Assembly: GCA_002897735.1 (NCBI GenBank)
Contig: BDTW01000034.1
Coordinates: 37,230-101,229, forward strand
Length of the DNA: 64,000 bases
Direction of reading: 5' to 3'
Source of the DNA: a bacterium BMS3Bbin13
GTDB taxonomy: Bacteria; Pseudomonadota; Gammaproteobacteria; 21-64-14
Shown here: positions 16,472 to 27,900 of the stretch, piece by piece
Position numbering within the stretch: the first letter of the stretch is position 1
How the letters are laid out: every line of letters begins with the position of its first letter
Made by a program: the position numbers and the translations under genes
The notes under the pieces: model-generated
The model's database searches: none
Told to the model about the DNA's origin: nothing
The model's input: the letters and a program-made list of their open reading frames with translations, nothing else

Positions 16472-18295
16472 CTACGCCGAGGCGCCCCGGGGCGGGGCGG
16501 TGGGTACCGTGAGATCGGCCTCGGGGCGCCGCTCGATCGACGCGCACTCCCGGAAGATGCGGCGGTCGCAGACCTCGCAGCGTGCATGATCCAGGCGCGA
16601 GAACACGGCGGCGACGGCCTTGGCCTTCGAGTCGAAGACATGGTCCAGCCCGATCGCATCCAGGTGGCCGCCGCGCGCGAGCGGCTCGCGCACGCCCTTC
16701 TTGAGCCCGCACAGGTAGAGATCCCCCCCCTGGGCGCGGAGCCGCCGGGCCTCCTGTACCAGCATCTCGGCCCCGGCGACGTCCACGAAGTTCACGCCGT
16801 GACAGATCAGCAGGATGTGCCGCTGGTCGGGCGCGGCCTCGTTCATCTTGTGCAGCGCTTCCTGGACATGGTTGACGGCGCCGAAGAACAGCGAGCCGTC
16901 GATACGCACGATGCGCAACTGCGGGCAACCCGGCAGGGTGTCGCTGGTGACGAAACGCCGCTTCGGCTGGTCGGGGTCGGGGACGCGGGTCACCACCCGC
17001 GGATGGGCGGTGCGGTTCAGGTACAGGACCAGCGAGAGGATCACGCCGAGGTAGATCGCGAATTCGAGTTCGATGAACAGCGTGGAGAGGAAGGTGGTCA
17101 CGAGCACGGCGGCGTCGGCCCGGCTGGTCCTGAGGATGCCCCGGATGTGATGGAAATCGATCAGGTTGTAGGCCACCAACAGGATGAGGCCCGCCATGGC
17201 CGGGATCGGCAGGTAGGCGGTCAGCGGGGCGATCAACAGCAGGATCAACGCCAGGCCGAGCGCGGCGAAGATCGCGGCGAGCGGCGTCCGGGCCCCGGCC
17301 TGGTAGTTGATCCCGGAGCGGGTGAAGGACCCGGAGCCGGCGTAGGCCGAGAAGAAGCTGCCGACGATGTTGGAGAGGCCCTGGCCGATGAACTCCTGAT
17401 TGCCGTCGATGCGCTGATGCGAGCGCGTGGCGATGGCGCGCGCGATCGACACCGCCTCGATCAGCCCGAGCATGGCCACCGCCAGGGCCCCGGGGCCGAG
17501 CTGGCGAATCGTCTCCAGGGAAAAATCCGGCGAGGACAGCGGCGGCAGGTGGGCGGGCAGCGAACCGACCAAGCGCACACCGTGGTGCTCGCCGCCGAGC
17601 AGCAGGCTCACCACGCTGCCCGCGATCATCGCCAGGAGCATCCCCGGCCAGCGCGGACGCAACACCTTGAAGAGCACGGCCGCGATCAGCGTCACACCGG
17701 CAACGGCGACCACGTAGGGATTGATCTCGGCGGCCTTGCGGGCAAGATCGATCCAGGTATTGAGAAACGATTCCCCGAGCGGCACGCCGACACCCAGGAA
17801 ATGCTTCATCTGGCTGGTGGCGATCAGGATGGCGGCACCCGCGGTGAAGCCGACCACGACGGAGTGCGAGACGAAATTGACCAGCGCGCCGAGACGCGCG
17901 ATGCCGAGCGCGAGCTGAAACACGCCCGCGATGAAGGTCAGGGTGAGGACATAGCCGAGGAACGCCGCGGTGCCGGGTTCGGCGAACGGGCTCACGGTGC
18001 TGAACACGACGATGGAAATCGCCGTCGTGGGACCCGAGATCAGGTGGCGCGATGAGCCGAACAGGGCCGCGATGATCGGCGTGACGATGGCCGTGTAGAG
18101 GCCGTATTCGGGCGGCAGGCCGGCGATCATCGCGAAGGCGACGCCCTGTGGGAGCACCACCACGGCATTGGTGAGCCCGGCCAACAGGTCGTGGCGCACG
18201 GTCTGCGGGGTCACCGCCGACCACCAGCGCAGGAACGGAAACACCTGCGCCCACGGTCCGTTGTCCAGTCGCGTGCCCGCCATCCGCCCCGTCAC
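16472..18295 (-). CDS. SulP-family anion (sulfate/bicarbonate) transporter with C-terminal STAS domain
   Basis: 607 aa, many TM helices, ...GLPPEYGLYTAIV...SGPTTA... is the SulP signature, with a STAS domain at the C-terminus. Confidence 0.85.
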   Translation of the reverse strand: MTGRMAGTRLDNGPWAQVFPFLRWWSAVTPQTVRHDLLAGLTNAVVVLPQGVAFAMIAGLPPEYGLYTAIVTPIIAALFGSSRHLISGPTTAISIVVFSTVSPFAEPGTAAFLGYVLTLTFIAGVFQLALGIARLGALVNFVSHSVVVGFTAGAAILIATSQMKHFLGVGVPLGESFLNTWIDLARKAAEINPYVVAVAGVTLIAAVLFKVLRPRWPGMLLAMIAGSVVSLLLGGEHHGVRLVGSLPAHLPPLSSPDFSLETIRQLGPGALAVAMLGLIEAVSIARAIATRSHQRIDGNQEFIGQGLSNIVGSFFSAYAGSGSFTRSGINYQAGARTPLAAIFAALGLALILLLIAPLTAYLPIPAMAGLILLVAYNLIDFHHIRGILRTSRADAAVLVTTFLSTLFIELEFAIYLGVILSLVLYLNRTAHPRVVTRVPDPDQPKRRFVTSDTLPGCPQLRIVRIDGSLFFGAVNHVQEALHKMNEAAPDQRHILLICHGVNFVDVAGAEMLVQEARRLRAQGGDLYLCGLKKGVREPLARGGHLDAIGLDHVFDSKAKAVAAVFSRLDHARCEVCDRRIFRECASIERRPEADLTVPTAPPRGASA

Positions 18296-18550
18296 CCCCT
18301 CGATTCACGCCCCTGCCGCGCCCGGCCCGCGGATCCCGCCGCCCCTCCCGCAAGACTCGCGCAGAGGGTGCGCGACGCGTGGCGGGACGCGCAGACGGAC
18401 GGACCGGAATGGCGGGAAAGCGGCACCGGGGCCCGCGGCGCACCGATGACCCGCCGCGGGCAAGTCGACGGACAGCATAGCAAACCGGTCTGCGACGGAC
18501 AAAACCCGGTGCCCCCGGAGACGCTGGACCGGTCCGCCCGCCGCGCGGCG

Positions 18551-20041
18551 TTATTCGCCCTGGTTCGCGGCCGGTGCAGGGACCGGCGCCGGCCGCGGTG
18601 GGCGCCGCCAGACCAGATCCGGCTCGCGCGCCGCGCGCACGTCGTCGAGACGCCGCACCGGCAGGCTGTAGGGGGCGCCACGCACCCGCTCGGGGCTCTC
18701 TTGCGCCTCGTCACGGATGTGCATCATGGCCTCGGCAAAGGCGTCCAGGGTCTCGCGCGACTCGGTCTCGGTCGGCTCGATCAGCAGGCACTCGGGGACC
18801 AGCAGCGGGAAATAGGTCGTGGGCGCGTGGAAGCCGTAGTCGAGCAGCCGCTTGGCGAGGTCGATCGCCCGCATGCCGGATTCCTTGGCCTCGCACCGCA
18901 GGGTGATGATGAACTCGTGGGTGGCACGCCGCCCGGGATAGGCGGGCTCGAAGCCCGCCGCGCGCAGGCGCGCCAGGAGGTAATTCGCGTTCAGCACCGA
19001 GTATTCCGCGACCCGCTCCATGCCGCTGCGCCCGAGCATGCGCGCGTAGACGTAGGCGCGCAGCAGTATGCCCGCGTTGCCCGCGAACGCCGACATCGGT
19101 CCGATGCTCTGCGGGCGATCCCGTTCGGTAAGCCAGCGGTATTCGCCGCGCTCGCACGCAACCATCGGTACCGGCAGAAAAGCCTGCAGGCGCTCGCCGG
19201 CCGCCACCGGCCCGGCGCCCGGACCGCCGCCGCCGTGCGGGGTGGAGAAGGTCTTGTGCAGGTTCATGTGGATGACGTCGAAGCCCATGTCTCCCGGGCG
19301 CACCTTGCCGAGTATGGCGTTCAGGTTGGCGCCGTCGTAGTACAACAGCCCGCCCGCCTCGTGCACGATACGGGCGATCTCGGCGATACGCCGCTCGAAC
19401 ACGCCCAGGGTCGAGGGATTGGTCAGCATCAGCCCCGCCGTGCGCGGACCGAGCGCCTCGCGCAACGCGGCGAGATCCACATCACCCTCGGAGTCGGTGG
19501 GGATCTCCCGCACCGTGTAACCGCACATGGCCGCGGAGGCCGGATTGGTGCCATGGGCCGCATCGGGGACCAGCATCTCGGTGCGTGCGGTGTCGCCGCG
19601 GGCATCGTGGTAGGCGCGGATCATCGTCACGCCCGCCAACTCGCCCTGCGCCCCGGCCATCGGTGCCAACGATACGCACGGCAGCCCGCTGACCTCCCGG
19701 AGGATCTCCTGCAATTCGTACAGGCAGGCCATGAACCCCTGGCTCAACGACTCGTGCGCGGCGGGGTGACGCGCCAAAAACCCCGGCAGCATCGCCAGCC
19801 GGTTGGCGACGCGCGGGTTGTACTTCATGGTGCAGGAGCCGAGCGGGTAGAAGTGGGTATCGATCGAGAAGTTCTTCTGCGACAGGCGGGTATAATGGCG
19901 CACCACGTCGAGTTCGGAGACCTCCGGGAGTTCGGCGCGCCCGCGACGACGCCGCGCCGCGGGGATCCCCAGGAGATCGCCGCTCGGCGGAAGCTGCGCA
20001 CGACTGCACCGACCCGGGCGCGAGCGTTCGAAGATCAGCAT
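18551..20041 (-). CDS. gcvPB: glycine dehydrogenase (aminomethyl-transferring) subunit 2
   Basis: Starts [11 protein letters not shown]... (the GcvPB N-terminus). ...[22 protein letters not shown]... is the PLP-lysine region. 496 aa. No gcvPA/gcvH/gcvT adjacent. Confidence 0.9.
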   Translation of the reverse strand: MLIFERSRPGRCSRAQLPPSGDLLGIPAARRRRGRAELPEVSELDVVRHYTRLSQKNFSIDTHFYPLGSCTMKYNPRVANRLAMLPGFLARHPAAHESLSQGFMACLYELQEILREVSGLPCVSLAPMAGAQGELAGVTMIRAYHDARGDTARTEMLVPDAAHGTNPASAAMCGYTVREIPTDSEGDVDLAALREALGPRTAGLMLTNPSTLGVFERRIAEIARIVHEAGGLLYYDGANLNAILGKVRPGDMGFDVIHMNLHKTFSTPHGGGGPGAGPVAAGERLQAFLPVPMVACERGEYRWLTERDRPQSIGPMSAFAGNAGILLRAYVYARMLGRSGMERVAEYSVLNANYLLARLRAAGFEPAYPGRRATHEFIITLRCEAKESGMRAIDLAKRLLDYGFHAPTTYFPLLVPECLLIEPTETESRETLDAFAEAMMHIRDEAQESPERVRGAPYSLPVRRLDDVRAAREPDLVWRRPPRPAPVPAPAANQGE

Positions 20042-20083
20042 GTCCCCGACCGGATCCCGTTGCGAGGGACTCGTTGCGAAATC

Positions 20084-20281
20084 AAGAGCATCTCCCGCCT
20101 GTGCCGTGGGGGGCCTTCGCCCTTGAACCACTTGGTTCAGGTGGGGACATCGGCCGGCGAATCAGGCTTTCCGCACAGCGGCGGACTTGCACACAACGCC
20201 GGCGACTCCGTCCCCAGGGCGCCACGATAGGGCCAAGGATCTTCCAGGCCCCCGCCTCGAACACCGCAGGAGATGCCAAAC
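20084..20281 (-). ncRNA. ssrS: 6S RNA (SsrS)
   Basis: Immediately downstream of zapA as in other gammaproteobacteria. The minus strand contains CACCUGAACCAAGUGGUUCAAGGGCGAAGG (compare E. coli 6S ACCUUGAACCAAGGGUUCAAGGG). The terminal GGCAUCUCCUGC...GCAGGCGGGAGAUGC forms a closing stem. Ends are approximate (+/-10 nt). Confidence 0.8.
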
Positions 20282-20301
20282 CAAAAACCGAAACAAACCG
20301 A

Positions 20302-20616
20302 CTACGATTCAAGCTGTCCGCCTTCATGCAACACCTCGTCGACCTGCTCGCGCAACGCGTGCACCCGCACTCCGAGATTGTGCCCGTACCGGGTGCGTCG
20401 CGACTGCTGCTGCAGCAGATCATGGGCGATATTCAGCGCGACCATCACGGCGATGCGGTCTATACCGATCACCTTGCCGCCGTCGCGAATCTCTTTCATC
20501 CGGCCGTTGAGATAGCGCGCCGCCCGGAGCAACCCGTCCTGCTCGTCTTCCGGACAAGCGACGAGGTATTCCTTGTCCAGAAGGCGCACCGAAACCGCCT
20601 CGGTCCCGGTATCCAT
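20302..20616 (-). CDS. zapA: cell division protein ZapA
   Basis: 104 aa, ...VSVRLLDKEYLVACPEDEQDGLLRAARYLNGRMKEIRD...IDRIAVMVALNIAHDLL... Confidence 0.9.
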   Translation of the reverse strand: MDTGTEAVSVRLLDKEYLVACPEDEQDGLLRAARYLNGRMKEIRDGGKVIGIDRIAVMVALNIAHDLLQQQSRRTRYGHNLGVRVHALREQVDEVLHEGGQLES

Positions 20617-20847
20617 TCAGCCATGCTCCATGCCGCGCAGCCGGCTGACGATGGACTCGACCCGGTTACGCGCCATCTCGTTGCGCTGGAGAAGCTGCGC
20701 CCGCTCGCCGGAAAGAACCCCCATGCGTGCATGGAGCGCGCGATTCTCGATCTTCAGCCGCCTGCACAGGTCCACGAGTTCCTGCACCCGCTGCTCCAAC
20801 CGGTGCAACTCCTCATCGATCGAATCATTCGGCGCTTCGCTGTCCAT
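20617..20847 (-). CDS. small coiled-coil protein conserved upstream of zapA (TIGR02449 / ZapB-like)
   Basis: 76 aa from the ATG at 20847: MDSEAPNDSIDEELHRLEQRVQELVDLCRRLKIENRALHARMGVL... Preceded by a TTGACC-17-TATAGT promoter whose -10 ends about 7 nt before the ATG. Confidence 0.7.
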   Translation of the reverse strand: MDSEAPNDSIDEELHRLEQRVQELVDLCRRLKIENRALHARMGVLSGERAQLLQRNEMARNRVESIVSRLRGMEHG

Positions 20848-21223
20848 GGAACTTACTATAGGGCCGGCGCGAAACCGGGTCAACGCTTGGCGCAATTTGC
20901 GCTTGGGTGTCGAATCTTCGAGTGCTACCATAGAGTTAGCGTTGCACGGCGACGGCACGCATAACGATTCCCTCAACCCCTGCCCCCCCGGACTCCGGCT
21001 CGATGGCCCACGCCCCCTTCACCCGCTTTCGACCGAGTCACCCGCCGCATCCCGGTGCGCGGGTAATCGAGGCGATTCCTCGTGCAGGCGAACCCCGCCG
21101 GATCGTGGACCACACCGCCGGCGTGGACCTCGGGGAATCGGCGGCGTCGTCCGGCGCCCTGATCCGCAGGCGGCTCCAGCACCCGGGCCGGTTTCCCCAT
21201 GAAGCGTACATCGAGCAATTCTG

Positions 21224-21781
21224 ATGAGTGATCCGACGACCCTGCCCGCCTTCCCGGAGGTCCGCGACTACCTGCATGCGGCCGATGCCGAGTCCGGTGC
21301 GGCCGAGGCGCATGGTCTGCTGTGCGGGATGCTGTGCGCGCGAGCCGGGACCGAACCGGAACCGTGGCTCGAGCAGGTCTTGGGCCCCTCGCACGGGCCG
21401 GCCGCCCACCCGGACGTACTCGACCAGGTCTACCGCGGCACCCGCGCCGAGTTCGCCGACGGCGAACTGGGGTTCCAGCCGCTGCTGCCCGACGACGAGG
21501 AACCGCTGCCGGTGCGTATCCATGCCCTGGGTCAGTGGTGCGGGGGGTTCCTCGCGGGCCTGGGCCTGACGGAGACCTCGGATAGCACGGCGCTGGAGGG
21601 CGAGGTGGGCGAATTCGTGCGCGACGTGGCCGAGATCACCCGCATCCGGTTCGAGCCCGCCGCCGGCGAAGAGGATGAATCCGCCTACATGGAAATCGTG
21701 GAATACCTGCGCATGGGCGTGCTGCTGACCTACGAGGCCCTCAACTCACCCCCCGGCGAGCCCGCCGACACAGTCCACTGA
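21224..21781 (+). CDS. ygfB: YgfB/UPF0149 family protein
   Basis: 185 aa, ...AEAHGLLCGMLCA...PWLEQVL...ALGQWCGGFLAGLGL... is characteristic of UPF0149 (YgfB). Confidence 0.85.
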   Translation: MSDPTTLPAFPEVRDYLHAADAESGAAEAHGLLCGMLCARAGTEPEPWLEQVLGPSHGPAAHPDVLDQVYRGTRAEFADGELGFQPLLPDDEEPLPVRIHALGQWCGGFLAGLGLTETSDSTALEGEVGEFVRDVAEITRIRFEPAAGEEDESAYMEIVEYLRMGVLLTYEALNSPPGEPADTVH

Positions 21782-21805
21782 CCGCATCGCCCCTCCGCTC
21801 CCCGG

Positions 21806-22340
21806 CGGCTTCACCACTTGGCGCTCGTAGCCCGGATACAGGCTGAAGACCGAAATCCGGGGATCACGCCCCGGTGGAAAACCGGTCCCGGATTCCGCTT
21901 CGCTCTATCCGGGCTACATCGTAGAAATGACCGCGGAACACACGGGCCGGCTTCACCACCGGCGCTCGTAGCCCGGATACAGGCCGAAGGCCGAAATCCG
22001 GGGATCACGCCCCGGTGGAAAACCGGTCCCGGATTCCGCTTCGCTCTATCCGGGCTACATCGTAGAAATGACCGCGGAACGCACGGGCCGGCTTCACCAC
22101 CGGCGCTCGTAGCCCGGATACAGGCCGAAGGCCGAAATCCGGGGATCACGCCCCGATGGAAAACCGGTCCCGGATTCCGCTTCGCTCTATCCGGGCTACA
22201 TCGTAGAAATGACCACGGAACACACGGGCCGGCTTCACCACCGGCGCTCGTAGCCCGGATACAGGCCGAAGACCGAAATCCGGGGATCACGCCCCGATGG
22301 AAAACCGGTCCCGGATTCCGCTTCGCTCTATCCGGGCTAC
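21806..22340. repeat. tandem array, 3.8 copies of a 141-bp unit (near-perfect copies)
   Basis: Period measured from the CTTCACCAC landmarks at 21809, 21951, 22092 and 22233 = 141-142 bp. Copies differ by only 2-5 substitutions. Each unit contains a perfect 12-bp inverted repeat GTAGCCCGGATA...TATCCGGGCTAC enclosing the nested hairpins CCGGT-GGAAA-ACCGG and GAAATCCGGG..CCCGGATTC. It fills the convergent gap between ygfB and hemE. Confidence 0.9.
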
Positions 22341-22382
22341 GGGGAGCAGTACTTGATTCTGTATCGCTTTTCCGGCGTTCCA

Positions 22383-23447
22383 TCAGGCGTGGTAGCGGGC
22401 GCCGAGTTCGTGCACGGCGTCGACCAGGACCGCGACGCGGTCCGGGTCGGTATCCGCGTGGATTCCATGGCCGAGGTTGAAGACGTGCCCGGAGCCGGCA
22501 CCGAACGCCTCCAGGATCTGCGCCGCGGCGGCACGGATCCGTTCCGGGCCGGCGTAGAGGACCGCGGGGTCGAGATTTCCCTGGAGTGCAATGCGATCCC
22601 CGACCCGCGCGCGCGCGGCGCTCAGATCGACCGTCCAGTCGAGCCCCGCGGCGTCGCAGCCGGTGTCGGCGATCGCCTCCAAGTGCTGGCCGCCGCCCTT
22701 GGTGAAGAGGATCACCGGGACGCGGCGCCCGTCGTGCTCGCGCGGCAGGGACTCGACGATCCGCGCCATGTAGCGTAATGAAAACTCGCGGTACGCGACG
22801 GGGTCGAGCACCCCGCCCCAGGTGTCGAAGATCATGATCGCCTGCGCACCGGCCTCGATCTGCGCATGCAGATAGACGCCGACGCTGCGCGCGACGACCT
22901 CGAGCAGCCGATGCAGCAGTTCGGGGCGGTCGAACAGCAACCGCTTGATCCGGTCGAACTCGCGACTCGATCCCCCCTCGACCATATAGGTCGCAAGCGT
23001 CCAGGGGCTGCCGGCAAACCCGATCAGCGGCAGTGTCCCGCCCAACTCGCCGCGCACCAGGCGCACCGCGTCCAGCACGTAACGCAGATCCGTCCCGGGG
23101 TCGGGCACCCCCAGCGCGCGGATATCACGCTCCGTGCGCACCGGGCGTTCGAAGCGCGGGCCCTCGCCTTCCACGAAGTGCAGACCCAGGCCCATCGCAT
23201 CCGGCACCGTGAGGATATCGGAGAAGAGGATCGCGGCATCCAGCCGGTAGCGGCGCACCGGCTGCATCGTCACCTCGCAGGCCAGTTCCGGCGTCGTACA
23301 CAGCGTCAGGAAATTCCCGGCCCGCTCGCGCACGGTGCGGTATTCCGGCAGGTAGCGACCCGCCTGGCGCATGATCCAGATCGGCGTCGTGTCCACGGGC
23401 TCGCGCAGCAATGCGCGCAGCAGGCGATCGTTGGTCGAACCGTTCAT
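22383..23447 (-). CDS. hemE: uroporphyrinogen decarboxylase
   Basis: ...[16 protein letters not shown]... is the HemE N-terminal signature. About 354 aa from the ATG at 23447 (the track ORF starts 10 codons upstream). Confidence 0.9.
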   Translation of the reverse strand: MNGSTNDRLLRALLREPVDTTPIWIMRQAGRYLPEYRTVRERAGNFLTLCTTPELACEVTMQPVRRYRLDAAILFSDILTVPDAMGLGLHFVEGEGPRFERPVRTERDIRALGVPDPGTDLRYVLDAVRLVRGELGGTLPLIGFAGSPWTLATYMVEGGSSREFDRIKRLLFDRPELLHRLLEVVARSVGVYLHAQIEAGAQAIMIFDTWGGVLDPVAYREFSLRYMARIVESLPREHDGRRVPVILFTKGGGQHLEAIADTGCDAAGLDWTVDLSAARARVGDRIALQGNLDPAVLYAGPERIRAAAAQILEAFGAGSGHVFNLGHGIHADTDPDRVAVLVDAVHELGARYHA

Positions 23448-23537
23448 TCCGCATGAGGACCGAGTAGGGGCCGGCAAGGCCCGATGAAAGATGTCGGCAA
23501 GGCCCGCGCTGCCGCGGCGCCGGATCCGGGACGGCGT

Positions 23538-24956
<1,419 letters not shown>

Positions 24957-24976
24957 TCAGAATCCGGCTGCGCCGC

Positions 24977-27900
24977 TCAGGCCGCGCGCTGCAGGGTATC
25001 CAGGATGGTCGCCAGGTCAGCGGCCTTGGGTTTGACCAGCCAGAACTTTCCGGCGAAGTCGGAGAACTCATCGAGTACCCGGCGACCCCACGGGCTGCCG
25101 GTCTCCTCGGCGAACTCGCGGATCAACCCCCGCAGGAAGTTGCGGTGGGCCTCCATGGCCTCGGTTTCGATGCGGTGGATATCCACCAGATCGTGATTGT
25201 AGTGATCGACGAACCCGTTGCCCAGATCGAGTGTGAAGGCGATCCCCCCGGTCATGCCGGCGCCGAAGTTGAGACCGCTCGCTCCGAGCACCACGACCAC
25301 ACCCCCGGTCATGTACTCGCAGCCATGGTCCCCCACACCCTCGACCACGGCGACGGCGCCCGAATTGCGCACCGCGAAACGCTCACCGGCCAGTCCCGCG
25401 GCGAACAGCCGCCCGCCGGTGGCGCCGTACAGACACGTGTTGCCGATAATGACATTCTCTCGGGTCGAAAGCCCGCTCTCCGGCGGGGGATGGATCACCA
25501 GCTTGCCGCCGGCCATACCCTTGCCGACGTAGTCGTTGGCGTCCCCCTCGAGGCGCAGGTGCAGGCCGCCCGCGTTCCACACGCCGAAGCTCTGCCCCGC
25601 CGTACCTTTCAGTCGCAACGTGATCGGCGCATCTTCCATGCCGAGGTTTCCGTGGCGGCGCGCGATCTCGCCGGAGAGCCGCGCGCCGATGGACCGGTTG
25701 TCGTTGCGCAACGTGTAGCGGAACTCCCCGCCCCGCCGGTGCTCGATGGCGTCGAGCGCGTCGCGCACCATCCGCTCGGCGAGTTCGCCGCGGTCGAAGG
25801 GTGCGTTGCGCTCCACCTGGCAATACTGCGGCTTGTCGGCCGGCACGCCGCCGTCCGAGACCAGCGGCGCGAGATTCAGACGGCGCTGTTTCGCGGTCCG
25901 CCCCGGCAGGATCTCGAGCAGATCGGTGCGCCCGATGAGGTCCGTCAGCCGGCGCACCCCGAGGCGCGCCAGCCACTCGCGGGTCTCCTCGGCCACGAAG
26001 CGGAAAAAATTCATCACCATCCCCACCTTGCCGTGGAAATGGTCCATGCGCAGCACCGGGTTCTGCGTGGCGATCCCCGTCGCGCAGTTGTTCAGGTGGC
26101 AGATCCGCAGGTACTTGCAGCCCATGGCGATCATCGGCGCGGTACCGAAGCCGAAACTCTCGGCACCGAGGATCGCCGCCTTGATCACGTCCAGGCCGGT
26201 CTTGAGCCCGCCGTCGGCCTGCACCCGCACCCGGCCGCGCAGGTCGTTCGCGCGCAGGATCTGGTGCGTCTCGGTCAGACCCAGTTCCCACGGGGTCCCG
26301 GCGTATTTGACCGAGGCGAGCGGGCTCGCACCCGTCCCTCCGTCATAGCCGGCGATGGTGATGAGGTCCGCGTACGCCTTGGCCACCCCGGCGGCGATGG
26401 TCCCCACGCCCGCCTCGGAGACCAGCTTCACGGAGACCAGCGCCTGCGGGTTCACCTGCTTGAGGTCGAAGATGAGCTGCGCCAGGTCCTCGATGGAATA
26501 GATGTCGTGGTGCGGCGGCGGTGAGATCAGCGCGATACCGGGCTTCGCGTAGCGCAGCCGCGCGATCATCTCGTTGACCTTGTGGGCGGGCAACTGTCCG
26601 CCCTCGCCGGGTTTGGCGCCCTGCGCGATCTTGATCTGCAGGACCTCGGCGCTCACCAGGTACGCCGGCGTGAGCCCGAAGCGCCCGGAGGCCACCTGCT
26701 TGATCTTGGAGGTCCGGATCGTGCCGTAGCGTTGCGGATCCTCGCCCCCCTCGCCCGAGTTGGAACGTCCGCCCAGGCGGTTCATCGCCCCGGCGAGCGT
26801 CTCGTGCGCCTCCGGCGAGAGCGCGCCCAGCGACATGCCTGCGCTGTCGAAGCGCCGGACGATCTCCTCGACCGGCTCCACCTCCTCGATCGGCACCGGC
26901 TCGACATCCTCGCGCAGGGCCAGCAGGTCGCGCAGCACCGTGACCGGGCGGGTGTTGACCCGTTCCGCATACTCGCGGTAATCGTCCTGCTCGCCGCTGC
27001 GCACGGCGCGATGCAACGCCTGAACGACATCCGGATTGTAGGCGTGATACTCGCCCCCGTAGATGAACTTGAGCAGCCCGCCCTGATCGATCGGGACGCG
27101 CGGGTTCCACGCACGGCGCGCCAGGCCCGCCTGGTCTTGCTCCAGATCCTCGAAATGGGCGCCGCCGATGCGGCTCACCGTACCCGCGAAGCACAACCCC
27201 ACCACGTCCTCGTGCAGCCCCACGATCTCGAAGAGTTGGGCCCCGCGATAGCTGGTGATCGTCGAGATGCCCATCTTCGAGATGATCTTGTAGAGGCCCT
27301 TGTTGATCCCCTTGCGGTAGGCACGGCCCAGTGCGTTCGTGTCCCGGCCCCGGACCTCGCCGGTGCGGATCAAGTCGTGGAGGCACTCATAGGCGAGATA
27401 GGGGTAGACGGCGGTGGCACCGTAGCCGATCAGGCAGGCGTAGTGGTGGGGGTCGCGGGCGGTCCCGGTCTCCACCACCAGGTTTGCGTCGCAACGCAGA
27501 CCTTCGCGGATCAGCCGGTGATGCACCGCGCCGGTCGCCAGCAACGCGTGGATCGGGATCCGGTCCTCGCGCAGGACCCGATCGGACAGCACCAGGATCA
27601 CCGCGCCCTCGCGCACCGCCCGCACGGCCCGGTCGCACAACGCCTCGAGCGCGCCGCGCAGACCCTCTGCGAGCCGGTAGTTCAGATCCAGGACACGGTG
27701 GGCGTACTCCGGATCGTCCTGCGCCAACAGTTGGCGGAACTTGTCCTCCGAGAGCAGGGGCGAGTCGATGAGCAGGCGCCGCGCGTGCTCGGGCGTCTCC
27801 TCGAACAGGTTCTGCTCGCGGCCGAAGCAGGTCTCCAGCGACATCACGATCTGCTCGCGCAACGGGTCGATGGGCGGGTTGGTGACCTGCGCGAACTGCT

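Noticed and set aside
8577-18450. Numerous long ORFs in alternative frames or strands (e.g. 8982-9428, 9176-9865, 10958-13045, 12963-15182, 12802-15096, 16230-18443, 16586-18055, 18191-20230)
   Set aside because: Typical high-GC artefacts (Arg/Pro/Ala-rich, no domains) overlapping genes with clear homology on the other strand or frame.
21806-22340. Tandem array as a CRISPR or as a repetitive protein-coding gene
   Set aside because: The units are contiguous with no spacers. The ORFs on both strands are artefacts of the 141 = 47x3 periodicity. The region lies between convergent gene ends, and one artefactual ORF runs antisense into hemE.
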